DNA from: Thermoanaerobaculia bacterium | Lineage (GTDB): Bacteria; Acidobacteriota; Thermoanaerobaculia; Multivoradales; UBA5704 | DNA length: 64,000 bases | NCBI GenBank assembly: GCA_044226625.1 | Contig: JBGAGQ010000008.1 | Coordinates: 71,836 to 135,835, forward strand | Direction of reading: 5' to 3' | In this document: one piece after another, positions 49,882-60,663 of the stretch | Layout of the letters: each line of letters starts with the position of its first letter | Position numbering within the stretch: the stretch's first letter is position 1 | The notes under the pieces: model-generated | Seen by the model: only the letters and a program-made list of their open reading frames with translations | Told to the model about the DNA's origin: nothing | The model's database searches: none | Program-made: the position numbers and the translations under genes

Positions 49882-50493
49882 TTACCCCACCTCCGCCATC
49901 CTCCATTCGACCTTCCCTGCTTGGTAGCCGCCGATCATCAGGCAGGGACGTTCGAAGCAGTCCGGCGTCTCGCCGCGGCCGAGGGCGGCGAGGAGGGGCA
50001 AGGGATCGTGGACGAACTCGACGATCTGGAGCGGGGCGTCCTCCCCTTCCGGCCGTGGGCGCTGGAGCTCGAGCCCGGCGCGTTCCCAGGCCGCGACTTC
50101 GGCGAGGTAGGGCGTCGGGGGCTCCAGGCCCTCTTCCAGGCGACGGAGAAGGAAGTCGCAGAACGAGACCGCCTCGCCGAGGTAGTAGAAGCTCACCGGC
50201 GGATGACGGCGCCAGAACTCGGCCACCTCGTCGGCGAGCGCCTCCTTCCCTAAGGCCGCGCAGGTGAGCGGCAGCTGGCCCATCAGCTTGCTCAGGCGGA
50301 ACCCCTTGTGGAGCGTGCGGGTGACGTCCATTCCGGGGTCGGAGGCGACGGCGAACAGGCGCTCGCGCTCCAGCTCCGAAAGGCCGGCACGATCCGCGGC
50401 CAAGGTGGCCTCCCGACCGGTCCGCACCTCGTCACGAAACTCGGGATCGATCACCAGCCGCGCGAAGAGCGCTTGAAACGCCGTGGCGCTCAC
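49882..50493 (-). CDS. MNIO partner protein (DUF2063/RiPP-recognition-element-like)
   Basis: GTG start overlaps the DUF692 stop (GTGA); FQALFARL, LPLT..ALG, EA..F..FL, EVA.WE patterns. Confidence 0.75.
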   Translation of the reverse strand: MSATAFQALFARLVIDPEFRDEVRTGREATLAADRAGLSELERERLFAVASDPGMDVTRTLHKGFRLSKLMGQLPLTCAALGKEALADEVAEFWRRHPPVSFYYLGEAVSFCDFLLRRLEEGLEPPTPYLAEVAAWERAGLELQRPRPEGEDAPLQIVEFVHDPLPLLAALGRGETPDCFERPCLMIGGYQAGKVEWRMAEVG

Positions 50494-51413
50494 GCCGCCA
50501 CCTCCGCGAGGTGGGTGGGAACCGGCTGCCAGCGGCGCCAAGCTTCGCGCAGCGCGTCGAGCTCCTCCGCCAACCGGTCGCTTCCCATGTCGACGAACCA
50601 CGAGCCCATCATCTCGAAGGTGACGCCGCCGAGGTTCGGGCAGCGCGGCAGGCAATAGCGCAGCAGCTCCCAAACCGGCTCGGGGAGCGGCCCGCAGTGC
50701 GCGTCGAGATACCAACCGTCATGCTCCATCCCGCCCGCCACGTGGATCTCTCCCACATTGCCGAGATCGAGCTCGCCGAGCAGGCGGAAAGGATCGGTCT
50801 GATGGTTCCGGGCGTTGCAGTAGACGTTGTGAAGATCGAGCAGCAGGCCGCAGCCGGTCTCGGCGCAGAGTGAATTCAGGAATTCGGCGTCGCCCATCTC
50901 CTCGCCCGGCATCGAGAAGAAGTAGACGTTGTTCTCGAGCAGAAACGGCAGCGGCACGCGGCGCTTCACCTCGGCCACGCGGGGCGCCAGCGCGTCCAGG
51001 GTTTCCCGGTCGCGCGGGAGCGGCAGCGTCACCCCCACGTTGAGCTCGTCGACGCCGTGCTCGGCGAGGTTCCAGGCCAGGTGGTCGCTATGCCAGGGAA
51101 AGTCGAACCAGCGGCGCCATGTCTCGATCTGGTCGAGGTGCCCGTGGTTGAACCGATGCGCCGAGCCGATCGAGAGGCCGATGCCATGCGGTACGACCGG
51201 CCGGCCGGCGGAGATTCGCCGCAGATAGTCGATCCCTTCCCGGTCGTCGAGGTAGCGCGGCGTCTTTCCCGCCCCTCGATCGGTCCAGAGGATGTCGGGG
51301 ACGACTTCCAAATAGTCGAAGGTGTCGCCTCGAGCTTCGAGGAACGGGCGGAGGGCGGGCTGGTACGCGAGCCCCACCCCCAGCTTCGGAACGGCCAACG
51401 AGACGTCGCTCAT
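50490..51413 (-). CDS. DUF692 multinuclear non-heme iron oxidative enzyme (MNIO)
   Basis: HGIGLSIG, SDHL, LLEN, LLLDLHN, EIHVAG, DAH, TFE iron-ligand motifs. Confidence 0.93.
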   Translation of the reverse strand: MSDVSLAVPKLGVGLAYQPALRPFLEARGDTFDYLEVVPDILWTDRGAGKTPRYLDDREGIDYLRRISAGRPVVPHGIGLSIGSAHRFNHGHLDQIETWRRWFDFPWHSDHLAWNLAEHGVDELNVGVTLPLPRDRETLDALAPRVAEVKRRVPLPFLLENNVYFFSMPGEEMGDAEFLNSLCAETGCGLLLDLHNVYCNARNHQTDPFRLLGELDLGNVGEIHVAGGMEHDGWYLDAHCGPLPEPVWELLRYCLPRCPNLGGVTFEMMGSWFVDMGSDRLAEELDALREAWRRWQPVPTHLAEVAA

Positions 51414-51473
51414 CGCGAGACCTCCCTTTTTTCGGCCCGAGTGGAAGAGCGGTGCGGCGGGCGAAGGGAGAGA

Positions 51474-51683
51474 TCAGCGAAGGGTCGAGAGCGTTTCGTC
51501 CTGCAGGAGGAGCCGGTCGAGGCCGGAGAGGCAGGGAGCGCAGCCGCGAACGCCCGGCAGCTCCGGGACGGTCAGCGTCCGCTCGAGGATCTTGACCAAG
51601 TCGTCGAATTTCGTGGTCGGGGCGACGGCGACGGTCAACGAGCGCACGCCGGGGTGGGCCTTCTTGAGCTGATATTCACTCAT
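51474..51683 (-). CDS. Putative MNIO substrate/precursor (69 aa, GCAPCLSG motif)
   Basis: AGGAG RBS; same strand, 60 bp upstream of DUF692; its only two Cys form a CxxC. Confidence 0.8.
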   Translation of the reverse strand: MSEYQLKKAHPGVRSLTVAVAPTTKFDDLVKILERTLTVPELPGVRGCAPCLSGLDRLLLQDETLSTLR

Positions 51684-51893
51684 GTTCGTTCTCCTGTGGT
51701 GGCCGGCCCAGGTCAGGAGCCGACCGAGAGTTGGGGGCGAAAGCCTTCGCCCGCCGCACCGCGTCTTCCACAGGAGTCAGGCGCTCTCGAGGCGCGCCCG
51801 TTACATCGAATCTTTACAAACCCGGTTCTTTACGAACGAAACCGAGCGGACGAGGAGCCCTTCGAACGCAGAAGCCGTTCTAGGTCCCGAGGC

Positions 51894-52859
51894 TCACTCC
51901 GGCGTCGGGCTCGGATCCGCCTGCTCCTCTTGCTGCTGGCGTTGCCGCATTTGCATCTCGCCGAACCGCTCGATCTCCCCCACGACGTAGCTCCCGATCC
52001 ACAGGAACAGGAGCACGCCGACGACCGCGGCGATCGCGAGGCGGAGGCGGCGACCCGGCTTCTCTCCCCCCTCGATCCACGGGCGCGGCAGCCGCGCGCT
52101 CTCGGAGCGCAGGCCACGGGCGGCGCGGATCCACGGGGCGTGCTCCCGCTTCAAGTAGCGCGGCAGGACCGCGGCGTCGTTCTTGACCTCGTCGAGCAGC
52201 CGCCGCGCCTCGTCTTTCTCGCCGCGCACGATCAGCAGGCGGGCGAGCCGAACCTGCGCTTCGATGATCGTGCGGCGCTCCAAGACCTGGCGGAGGACCT
52301 GCTCGGCGCGCGCCTTGTCGCCGCTCTCGTCGAGCGAGCGGCCGAGCTGCAACATCGCCCGGCCGAGATAAGCGTCCGGCGTCTGCCGAACCAGCTCGTC
52401 GAGCATCGGCACGGCCTGGTCGTAACGCCCGAGCATCTGGTGGGCCTGCGCGAGGCCGAAATTGACGTCCTCGACCGCGCCGCCGTTTTCTTTCGCCTCC
52501 AGGAACAGCTTGAGCGCCTCGTCGTACTTGCCGAGGACGAGCAACTCGTCGCCCATCTCCGCGAGCACCGCAGGTCCGCGCCAATGATTGAGCTGGATCG
52601 TGAGCGCCCGGATCCGCCGCCGCGCCTGCAGCCGGCGCGCGGTCGCCGGAGATAGGGACTGCGCCCGGCTTCCGAGCCAACCGCTGCGGACGACGACGAA
52701 ATAGGCCACGGCCCCGATCCCAGGAAACATCAGGATGATCCAGATCCAATACCAGCTCGCGCCCATGCGTACGACGTCGACGATCGCGATCAGGTTGAGG
52801 ATCCAGGGCAGATAGCCGAAAACGCCGAGGCTGGACAGCCCGAAGAGAAGTTGCGCCAT
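51894..52859 (-). CDS. Membrane-anchored TPR protein
   Basis: N-terminal TM hairpin (W.WIILMFPGIG..AYF), TPR-like helices, C-terminal TM. Confidence 0.8.
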   Translation of the reverse strand: MAQLLFGLSSLGVFGYLPWILNLIAIVDVVRMGASWYWIWIILMFPGIGAVAYFVVVRSGWLGSRAQSLSPATARRLQARRRIRALTIQLNHWRGPAVLAEMGDELLVLGKYDEALKLFLEAKENGGAVEDVNFGLAQAHQMLGRYDQAVPMLDELVRQTPDAYLGRAMLQLGRSLDESGDKARAEQVLRQVLERRTIIEAQVRLARLLIVRGEKDEARRLLDEVKNDAAVLPRYLKREHAPWIRAARGLRSESARLPRPWIEGGEKPGRRLRLAIAAVVGVLLFLWIGSYVVGEIERFGEMQMRQRQQQEEQADPSPTPE

Positions 52860-52929
52860 GACGGTGCTCCGAGAGGAGAGGACGGAAATCGGTCGCCGAT
52901 GTTATCCCGTCCGGTCGGGGGCGGGGCGG

Positions 52930-52966
52930 CCTCCTCCCCCGCTTGCGGGGGAAGATCGAGGTGGGG
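52930..52966 (+). repeat. Single REP-like element, same family as 39700-39737
   Basis: cctcctcccccgcttgcggggga.ga.cgaggtgggg shared with the 39700 copy. Confidence 0.85.
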
Positions 52967-53021
52967 ACCTTCGGCTCTCGATCGGCTGGCGTGGCCCGGA
53001 GGGGCGACATACACTGCTCCG

Positions 53022-53465
53022 ATGCCTCCCATCGATGAGCGCGTTCCCTCTCCTGATGAGGCGCCCCCTTCTTCCAATCCGCCTCGGCCGATCGGTCTCT
53101 GGATCCTCACGCTCACGCTCTTGGCGAGCCCGTTGATCCACGGCGCGGCGCTTTGGAGCGGCCGGCGCTGGCTCAATTACGGCAGCCTCCGGCCCTGGGA
53201 CGGATTCGTCTATTTCCTGATCGCACCGATCGTCGGCGTGTTGATGTGGCGCCGCCACGAGCGGGCTCGCTTTTCGGCCTACGTCTTCCTGAGCTGCGAG
53301 ATCCTACGAGCGGTGCACATCCATTCGCGCCTGCTCGGCGCGCTCGCGCTGGGCGCGATCGTCTATCTGCAACTTCCGGCCGCCCGGCGGTACCACCCGC
53401 GCGTCGATCCGCGCCGAGTTTTGGAGCGCATCCGGCTCCGACGCCCCCCTCGGGCCGCCGGGTAG
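53022..53465 (+). CDS. Small multi-pass membrane protein
   Basis: About four hydrophobic segments. Confidence 0.6.
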   Translation: MPPIDERVPSPDEAPPSSNPPRPIGLWILTLTLLASPLIHGAALWSGRRWLNYGSLRPWDGFVYFLIAPIVGVLMWRRHERARFSAYVFLSCEILRAVHIHSRLLGALALGAIVYLQLPAARRYHPRVDPRRVLERIRLRRPPRAAG

Positions 53466-53509
53466 GAAGCTCCGGCGGACGAGGGAAGCGACGATTCCTT
53501 CAGCGTCTC

Positions 53510-54322
53510 TCAGTCGATCGAGAAGGTGGTGAGACCGACCGGCAGGGTCGTGACGACGAGCTCCCAGCCCTGGTTCGCCACCGGCATGCCGCCGAAAGCG
53601 AGCCCCGCTCCGGCCGGATTGTCGGTGGGAAAAAAGCTTCCGGCCGCCGTCGTCTCGAACAACGTGTCGGTGGACGAGCCGAGGTCGACCGGATTGAACA
53701 TCGCCTGGCCGAAGTTGCTCAGCTCGGTGTCGGTCGCTCCCGTCGTGGTGCCCACGTTGTCGAAGGTCAAGCCCGCCCATAGGGTCGTCGTCGTCCCCGC
53801 CGGCACCGTGAAACCGGCACCGAGGTTGCCGGTGAGCGTCGTTACGCCCGGAGTGAAGCTGAAGGCGTTGAAGCTGAAGCCGACCGCCGTGCCTCCCGGC
53901 GAATAGTAGGTGCCCGGACGATTCGCGAGCCCCGGTCCGAGCGAGGTGCCGTCGGCGTTCCAGAACCGGACGCGCGCCCGCACCGATTGGGTCGTCGCGT
54001 TCAGGTTCGCGACCGAGAACCGGATCGTCGTCACCGCGCTCACGCCCGGATTCGTGGTGAAGGTGATGTCGTCCATGACCATCCGCGTGATTCCGCCCGA
54101 CGCGGCGCCCTGGGCGAACGCCTGGCCGGTGAAGCTGGAGACGTTCGAGTAGATGGCCAGCGGATCGACGACCCGGATCTCCGCGTGCTGGGAGAGCTCC
54201 GAGAGCGGGATGACCCTTTCGACCCGGAGGTTCGAGACCGGCAGGATGACGTCCGAAGCCAGGGCCGATCCGGTGATGGGAAGGATCGCTACAAAGGTGA
54301 CGGCGACGAGAATTCGCTTCAT
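53510..54322 (-). CDS. Secreted Thr/Gly-rich beta protein with C-terminal LPVGLTTFSID tail
   Basis: GAGAGG RBS; signal peptide MKRILVA...ALA; ends TTLPVGLTTFSID. Confidence 0.8.
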   Translation of the reverse strand: MKRILVAVTFVAILPITGSALASDVILPVSNLRVERVIPLSELSQHAEIRVVDPLAIYSNVSSFTGQAFAQGAASGGITRMVMDDITFTTNPGVSAVTTIRFSVANLNATTQSVRARVRFWNADGTSLGPGLANRPGTYYSPGGTAVGFSFNAFSFTPGVTTLTGNLGAGFTVPAGTTTTLWAGLTFDNVGTTTGATDTELSNFGQAMFNPVDLGSSTDTLFETTAAGSFFPTDNPAGAGLAFGGMPVANQGWELVVTTLPVGLTTFSID

Positions 54323-54642
54323 GGTGGTGCCTCTCCCGGAGCTTGAGTGGTTGAGTACGAGGACCCGTGGCCACTCTAAGGACGCTCCCCTCACGTGTCA
54401 ACGGCGCTCGTCTCACCCTTTCTCCCTGAGCCGCCGCCCCCTTGAGAGAAGGCTACGGTTAGAGGCGGCGCAAGTCCCGGATTTAGGAGGTCGTGGCACT
54501 CAGCAGTTACACCCACCCTGCAAGGGGCGCCGCGCTGCGGGCTCACTCCCCCCAAGGCTGGGCGGGATCGGCGTTCCGCTCACCTCCTGCCGCTCCGGCC
54601 GGAGGTGACGAGCCGAAACGATCCAACGCTAAGGAGGCGTGC

Positions 54643-55941
54643 ATGAAAAGGAGTCTCGCGCTGGGCAGAGCGGCCGGCTTCGGGGCCATCGGGCTGCTGT
54701 TTTCGCTGGCCGCCGGAGCCCAGGTCTTGGAGATCGCGGCGATTTACCAGAACACCTTCGGCGGGGTGAACGGCATTCGGGGCAACCGCTCCGTCATCGT
54801 TTCGGACGACGGCCTGTTCGCCTATGCCACGGGCGAGGGTGACTCTTCCGTCGTCGCCTTCTCGCGGGATCCGTCGAACGGGTTCCTCACCCAGATCCAG
54901 CAGCTCAAGAACGCCGTCGACGGCATCGACGGCCTGCGCGGCGCCAACACCGTCCGCCTGAGCCCGAACGGCAAGAACCTCTATGCGACCGGCTTCTTCG
55001 GCGACGCCTTGGCGGTCTTCTCGCGCGACGAGACCACGGGCCTGCTCACCGAAATCCAGGTGCTCAAGGACAACACGCCGGAGGTGCCGGACGGCCTGGA
55101 CGGACCCCTCTGGATCGCCGTGTCGGACGACGGCAAGAACCTCTACACCACGGGTTTCTTCGATGATTCGGTCGTCGTCTTCGACCGCGACCGGAACACC
55201 GGCACGCTCACCTACCGCCAGCTGCTCAAGGACGGCGTGGGCGGAGTCAACGGCCTGAACGGCGCCTACGCGATGTGGATGGATTCCAAGAGCAAGTACA
55301 TCTACGTCGGCGGTCTCGACGACAACGCGGTGAGCGTCTTCCGCCGCGGCTCGCACGGCTCGCTCTCGCAGGTCCAGCAGGTCACCCAGGGGGTCGACGG
55401 GGTGAGCGGTATCACGGGCGTCCGCGGCCTGGTCGGCGACAAGCGCGGCGACCATCTCTACGCGGTCTCGCTCGACGACAGCGCGATCTCGACCTTCGAC
55501 ATCCGCAACGGCCACGGCACGTTGACCCAGACCCAGGTGATTCGCGATACCGATGCGGGGATCGACGGCCTCGGCGGCGCCACCGGCATCAACATCACGC
55601 CGGACGGCCGGTACGTGATCGCCACCGGATTCCTCGAGCGCAAGATGTCGGTCTGGGCGGTCGACCGCGGGGACGACGACGACGATGACGACAGCCACGA
55701 GGGCGACGCCTACCAGGCCAACGACGACCACCATGGAACCGGACAGCTGTCGCTCGTCCAGGTGCTCGCCAACCTGGTGGACACGCCGTTCGGCTTGAAC
55801 GGTCCGATCGATCTCAATTCGTCGCGCGACGGCTGCTACGTCTATTCGTCGAGCTACAACGTCCACATCATCCTGCAGTGGCACGTGATCAACTGCGTGC
55901 CCGGCGGCGATGACGACGACGACGAGGAAGAGGACGACTAA
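54643..55941 (+). CDS. Secreted lactonase-family beta-propeller protein with poly-Asp tracts
   Basis: AAGGAGG RBS; signal peptide; repeated S.DG.NLY.TG..D...VF.RD blades. Confidence 0.85.
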   Translation: MKRSLALGRAAGFGAIGLLFSLAAGAQVLEIAAIYQNTFGGVNGIRGNRSVIVSDDGLFAYATGEGDSSVVAFSRDPSNGFLTQIQQLKNAVDGIDGLRGANTVRLSPNGKNLYATGFFGDALAVFSRDETTGLLTEIQVLKDNTPEVPDGLDGPLWIAVSDDGKNLYTTGFFDDSVVVFDRDRNTGTLTYRQLLKDGVGGVNGLNGAYAMWMDSKSKYIYVGGLDDNAVSVFRRGSHGSLSQVQQVTQGVDGVSGITGVRGLVGDKRGDHLYAVSLDDSAISTFDIRNGHGTLTQTQVIRDTDAGIDGLGGATGINITPDGRYVIATGFLERKMSVWAVDRGDDDDDDDSHEGDAYQANDDHHGTGQLSLVQVLANLVDTPFGLNGPIDLNSSRDGCYVYSSSYNVHIILQWHVINCVPGGDDDDDEEEDD

Positions 55942-55954
55942 AACCCCGAAGCAC

Positions 55955-55980
55955 CGGCGGCGTCCGCCCGGGCGCCGCCG
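55955..55980. terminator. GC-rich hairpin between convergent genes
   Basis: cggcggcgtcc / gggcgccgccg stem; weak U-tract. Confidence 0.45.
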
Positions 55981-56024
55981 TCTCCCCGACCTCCCGATCC
56001 TTCGGTTTTAGATCGAAACGGCGC

Positions 56025-57665
<1,641 letters not shown>

Positions 57666-57735
57666 GGGGGGCGGAGTATAGCGCCCCGGCTCGGTGCGAG
57701 AATGTTGGTCCCAACCCCTTCCGGAGGCTAACCCC

Positions 57736-58248
57736 ATGCGCCCGACCCTCGCCACGCTCCTCCTTCTTGCCTGCCTCTCCACCCTCTACCCCGTCTCCGC
57801 TGCCCATGGCGCCGAAGGCTTCGCGGCCCCTTCCGTCGGAGTCGAAGCGTTGCTCGACGCGTTCCACGCCGCGGCGGCCCAGGCGAACGAGGCGGCCTAT
57901 TTCGACCTGTTCGCTCCGACCGGGGTCTTTCTCGGCACGGACGCCACCGAGCGGTGGGACAAGGAGGCGTTCCAGAAGTTCGCTCACCCCTATTTCGCCA
58001 AAGGCACCGCCTGGACCTTCAAGCCGCGCGACCGGCACGTGAGCTTTTCCGCCGACGGCCGGGTCGCCTGGTTCGACGAACTGCTCGACAGCGCGAGCTA
58101 CGGCGAATGTCGCGGCAGCGGCGTTCTCGAGAAGATCGACGGCCGATGGAAGGTGCAGCAGTACAACCTCTCGATCCCCCTGCCGAACGACCTCGCCAAG
58201 GGAGTCGTGGCGCAGATCCGCGCGGCGAAAGGTGCGGCCAAGCCCTGA
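57736..58248 (+). CDS. Secreted SnoaL/NTF2-like protein
   Basis: FLGTDATERW, AWFDE.L, RGSGVL, QYNLS. Confidence 0.85.
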   Translation: MRPTLATLLLLACLSTLYPVSAAHGAEGFAAPSVGVEALLDAFHAAAAQANEAAYFDLFAPTGVFLGTDATERWDKEAFQKFAHPYFAKGTAWTFKPRDRHVSFSADGRVAWFDELLDSASYGECRGSGVLEKIDGRWKVQQYNLSIPLPNDLAKGVVAQIRAAKGAAKP

Positions 58249-58355
58249 GGCTCGGCGTCTCCCTCGGATCCGACGACGCCAGACGCTCGTCCCCGCGGAT
58301 CTCCCCCGGACGGTTTGACCGGCACCCCCGACCTATGGGGAAGATGGTGTCTCGC

Positions 58356-60614
58356 ATGCGCGCCTCCTCCTCGCCGTCGTTTCCCGCCCTTCTAGCTCTC
58401 CTCGCGTTCGGCCTTTCGAGCCTCGGCTGCGAGAAGCCGCCGCCGACCTATCCGGCGGTTCGGCCGCTGTTCGACGGGCTCCATGCGCCGGATCTCCTGA
58501 CCGAATCGGCGTCGATCGCTCTCCCGCCGTCGCTCTCCGGCAACCGCTTTCTCTCCGGCTGGCAGGCCTGGCGGGACGGCGGCCAGGTGGCCCTCGCTCC
58601 GTCGCCCGGCGGCGGTCGGATCGAGATCGTTCGCCTCGCCGCCGAAGAGCGCCGGCTCGTCCTCGATCTCCAGGATGCCTCGGTTCCCCCTGCGGCGGCC
58701 GGAAGCGTTCGCGTTCGGGCGGGCGACCGCGACCTGGGGACCTTCCCCTGGAGCGATCCGCTCGAGATCTCGCTGCCGGCCGACCTGCCGCTCGGCCGCC
58801 TCGCGATCGACCTCGAGCCCGTCCTTCCCTCCCCGGAGGCGCCGGTTCCGAGCGTGACGAACGCCGCAGTCCGACCCGTCCGTCCCGCCGGCCCGCTCGA
58901 GGTGGAAGGGCACGATCTGGTCCAGGCGGGGACCTCCCGCGTCGCCGGCGTCTTTCGGATCACGAGCGAAACGGACCTATTAGGCACCTTCGTCCCACCC
59001 GCGGAGCCGCGATCGGGGCAGCGCTGGCGGCTGGTCCTCGAACGGGAGGACGGATCGAGCATCCGCCGCTTCGAGTGGTCGGCGAGCTTCTGGAACCGCT
59101 TCCGGGGCCAGCGGTCCTTCCGTCTGCCGCTCCGAGGCGCGACCGGCCTCGTGCGCGTCCGGTTCGACGCCGTGGGCGATGGGCCCCCCGCGCGCTGGCG
59201 GGACCTGGCCTGGGCGGGTCCTCCCTCTCGCGGCGCCGAGCCCGACCGCTCCCACGAGCCGGCCTCGCCGCCGCGGCTCGTCGTGGTCTACGTCCTCGAC
59301 GCCCTGCGCGCCGATCGGGTCGGCGCGTTCGGCGGGCCGAAGGACGCCACCCCGACGATCGACGCGCTCGGCCGCGAGGGGTTGATAGCGCTCCGCCATC
59401 GGAGCAACGCCCCGAACACCCTCCCTTCGACGAAGACCCTGTTCACCGGCCACGCCTATCTCTCGCGGGGCGGCTGGAAGCTCGGTCCCGAGGACGGTCC
59501 GACGCTCGCGGAGGCCTTCTCTCGCGCCGGCTACCGGACCGGCCTGTTCTCGGGCAACGTCTACGTGAGCGCCGCCTACGGCACCGACCGCGGTTTCGAG
59601 CACCAGGCGCCGGAGGTCCTGATCGAGGGGTACTCCGCGGCGCGGAAGCCCCCCTACAACGACAACGCCGAGCGGGTGAACGCGGCGGCGCTCGCCTGGC
59701 TCCGGTCGCTGCCGCCGGGGAGCCGCGCCTTCCTCTATCTCCATGTGATCCACCCGCACAATCCTTATGACCCGCCGGAGCCGTTCCGCTCCCGCTTCAC
59801 GGGCGGCGCGAAATCCTCGCTCGACGGTTCGACGGAGACGCTTACCGGCATCAAGCAGGGGCGGATCGAGCCGGACGACGCGGGGCGCGCCCGGATCGCT
59901 GGCCTTTATGAAGGGGGCGTCGCCTACGCCGACTTCGAGCTGGGGCGTCTCGTCGCCTCGCTCGCCGAGATCGTGCCGCCGGCCGAGACGTTGATCGCCG
60001 TCACCGCCGATCACGGCGAGGAGCTGTTCGACCATGGCGGCGTGCTGCACGGCTACACCCTCGCCGAGGAGATGCTGCGAATCCCCCTCGCTCTCCGCTG
60101 GCCGGGACATGTCGGCCACGCCGAGATCGAGGAGCCGACGGACACCCGCGACCTCCACGCGACACTGGTCGACGCCTGCGGGCTGCGCGGCAAAGACGGC
60201 CGGCCGCTCCCCACCGAGGGTCGCTCGCTGCTCCGCCGTCCGCTCCCCGTCGAGGAAGGGGAGCCGCTCCATTTCGCCGCCGCCTCCAGCGTCAAGGGGG
60301 GGATCTACTCCGTCCAATCGGCGCGCTGGAAACTGATCTGGGCGCCGCGGACGGGAATCGGCTGGGGGATGGGCGAAGGGGCAGGGCGCTCGCGCGATCC
60401 GGAGTACCTCTACGACCTCGAGGGCGATCCCGGCGAAAAGACCAACCTCGCCGGGCTCGGTCATCCAGGCGATCGAAACGGCGCTCTGGAGACCGACTGG
60501 CTGCGCGGGCGTCTGCTCGCCTGGATCGCGAAGGCGCAGCCCGAGACCGAAGGCGAGGCCCCGGTCGACCGCGAAACCCTCGATCGCCTGCGGGCGCTCG
60601 GTTACGTCAACTGA
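58356..60614 (+). CDS. Sulfatase-like (alkaline phosphatase superfamily) hydrolase/transferase, probable lipoprotein
   Basis: VLDALRAD, TLPST.TLFTG, H...PHNPY, TADHGE, RLRALGY; lipobox-like SLGC. Confidence 0.85.
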   Translation: MRASSSPSFPALLALLAFGLSSLGCEKPPPTYPAVRPLFDGLHAPDLLTESASIALPPSLSGNRFLSGWQAWRDGGQVALAPSPGGGRIEIVRLAAEERRLVLDLQDASVPPAAAGSVRVRAGDRDLGTFPWSDPLEISLPADLPLGRLAIDLEPVLPSPEAPVPSVTNAAVRPVRPAGPLEVEGHDLVQAGTSRVAGVFRITSETDLLGTFVPPAEPRSGQRWRLVLEREDGSSIRRFEWSASFWNRFRGQRSFRLPLRGATGLVRVRFDAVGDGPPARWRDLAWAGPPSRGAEPDRSHEPASPPRLVVVYVLDALRADRVGAFGGPKDATPTIDALGREGLIALRHRSNAPNTLPSTKTLFTGHAYLSRGGWKLGPEDGPTLAEAFSRAGYRTGLFSGNVYVSAAYGTDRGFEHQAPEVLIEGYSAARKPPYNDNAERVNAAALAWLRSLPPGSRAFLYLHVIHPHNPYDPPEPFRSRFTGGAKSSLDGSTETLTGIKQGRIEPDDAGRARIAGLYEGGVAYADFELGRLVASLAEIVPPAETLIAVTADHGEELFDHGGVLHGYTLAEEMLRIPLALRWPGHVGHAEIEEPTDTRDLHATLVDACGLRGKDGRPLPTEGRSLLRRPLPVEEGEPLHFAAASSVKGGIYSVQSARWKLIWAPRTGIGWGMGEGAGRSRDPEYLYDLEGDPGEKTNLAGLGHPGDRNGALETDWLRGRLLAWIAKAQPETEGEAPVDRETLDRLRALGYVN

Positions 60615-60663
60615 CCGGCCGGGTCAACTGCCCGGCCGGGCGGCCGTTTGGTACAGTCGCCCC

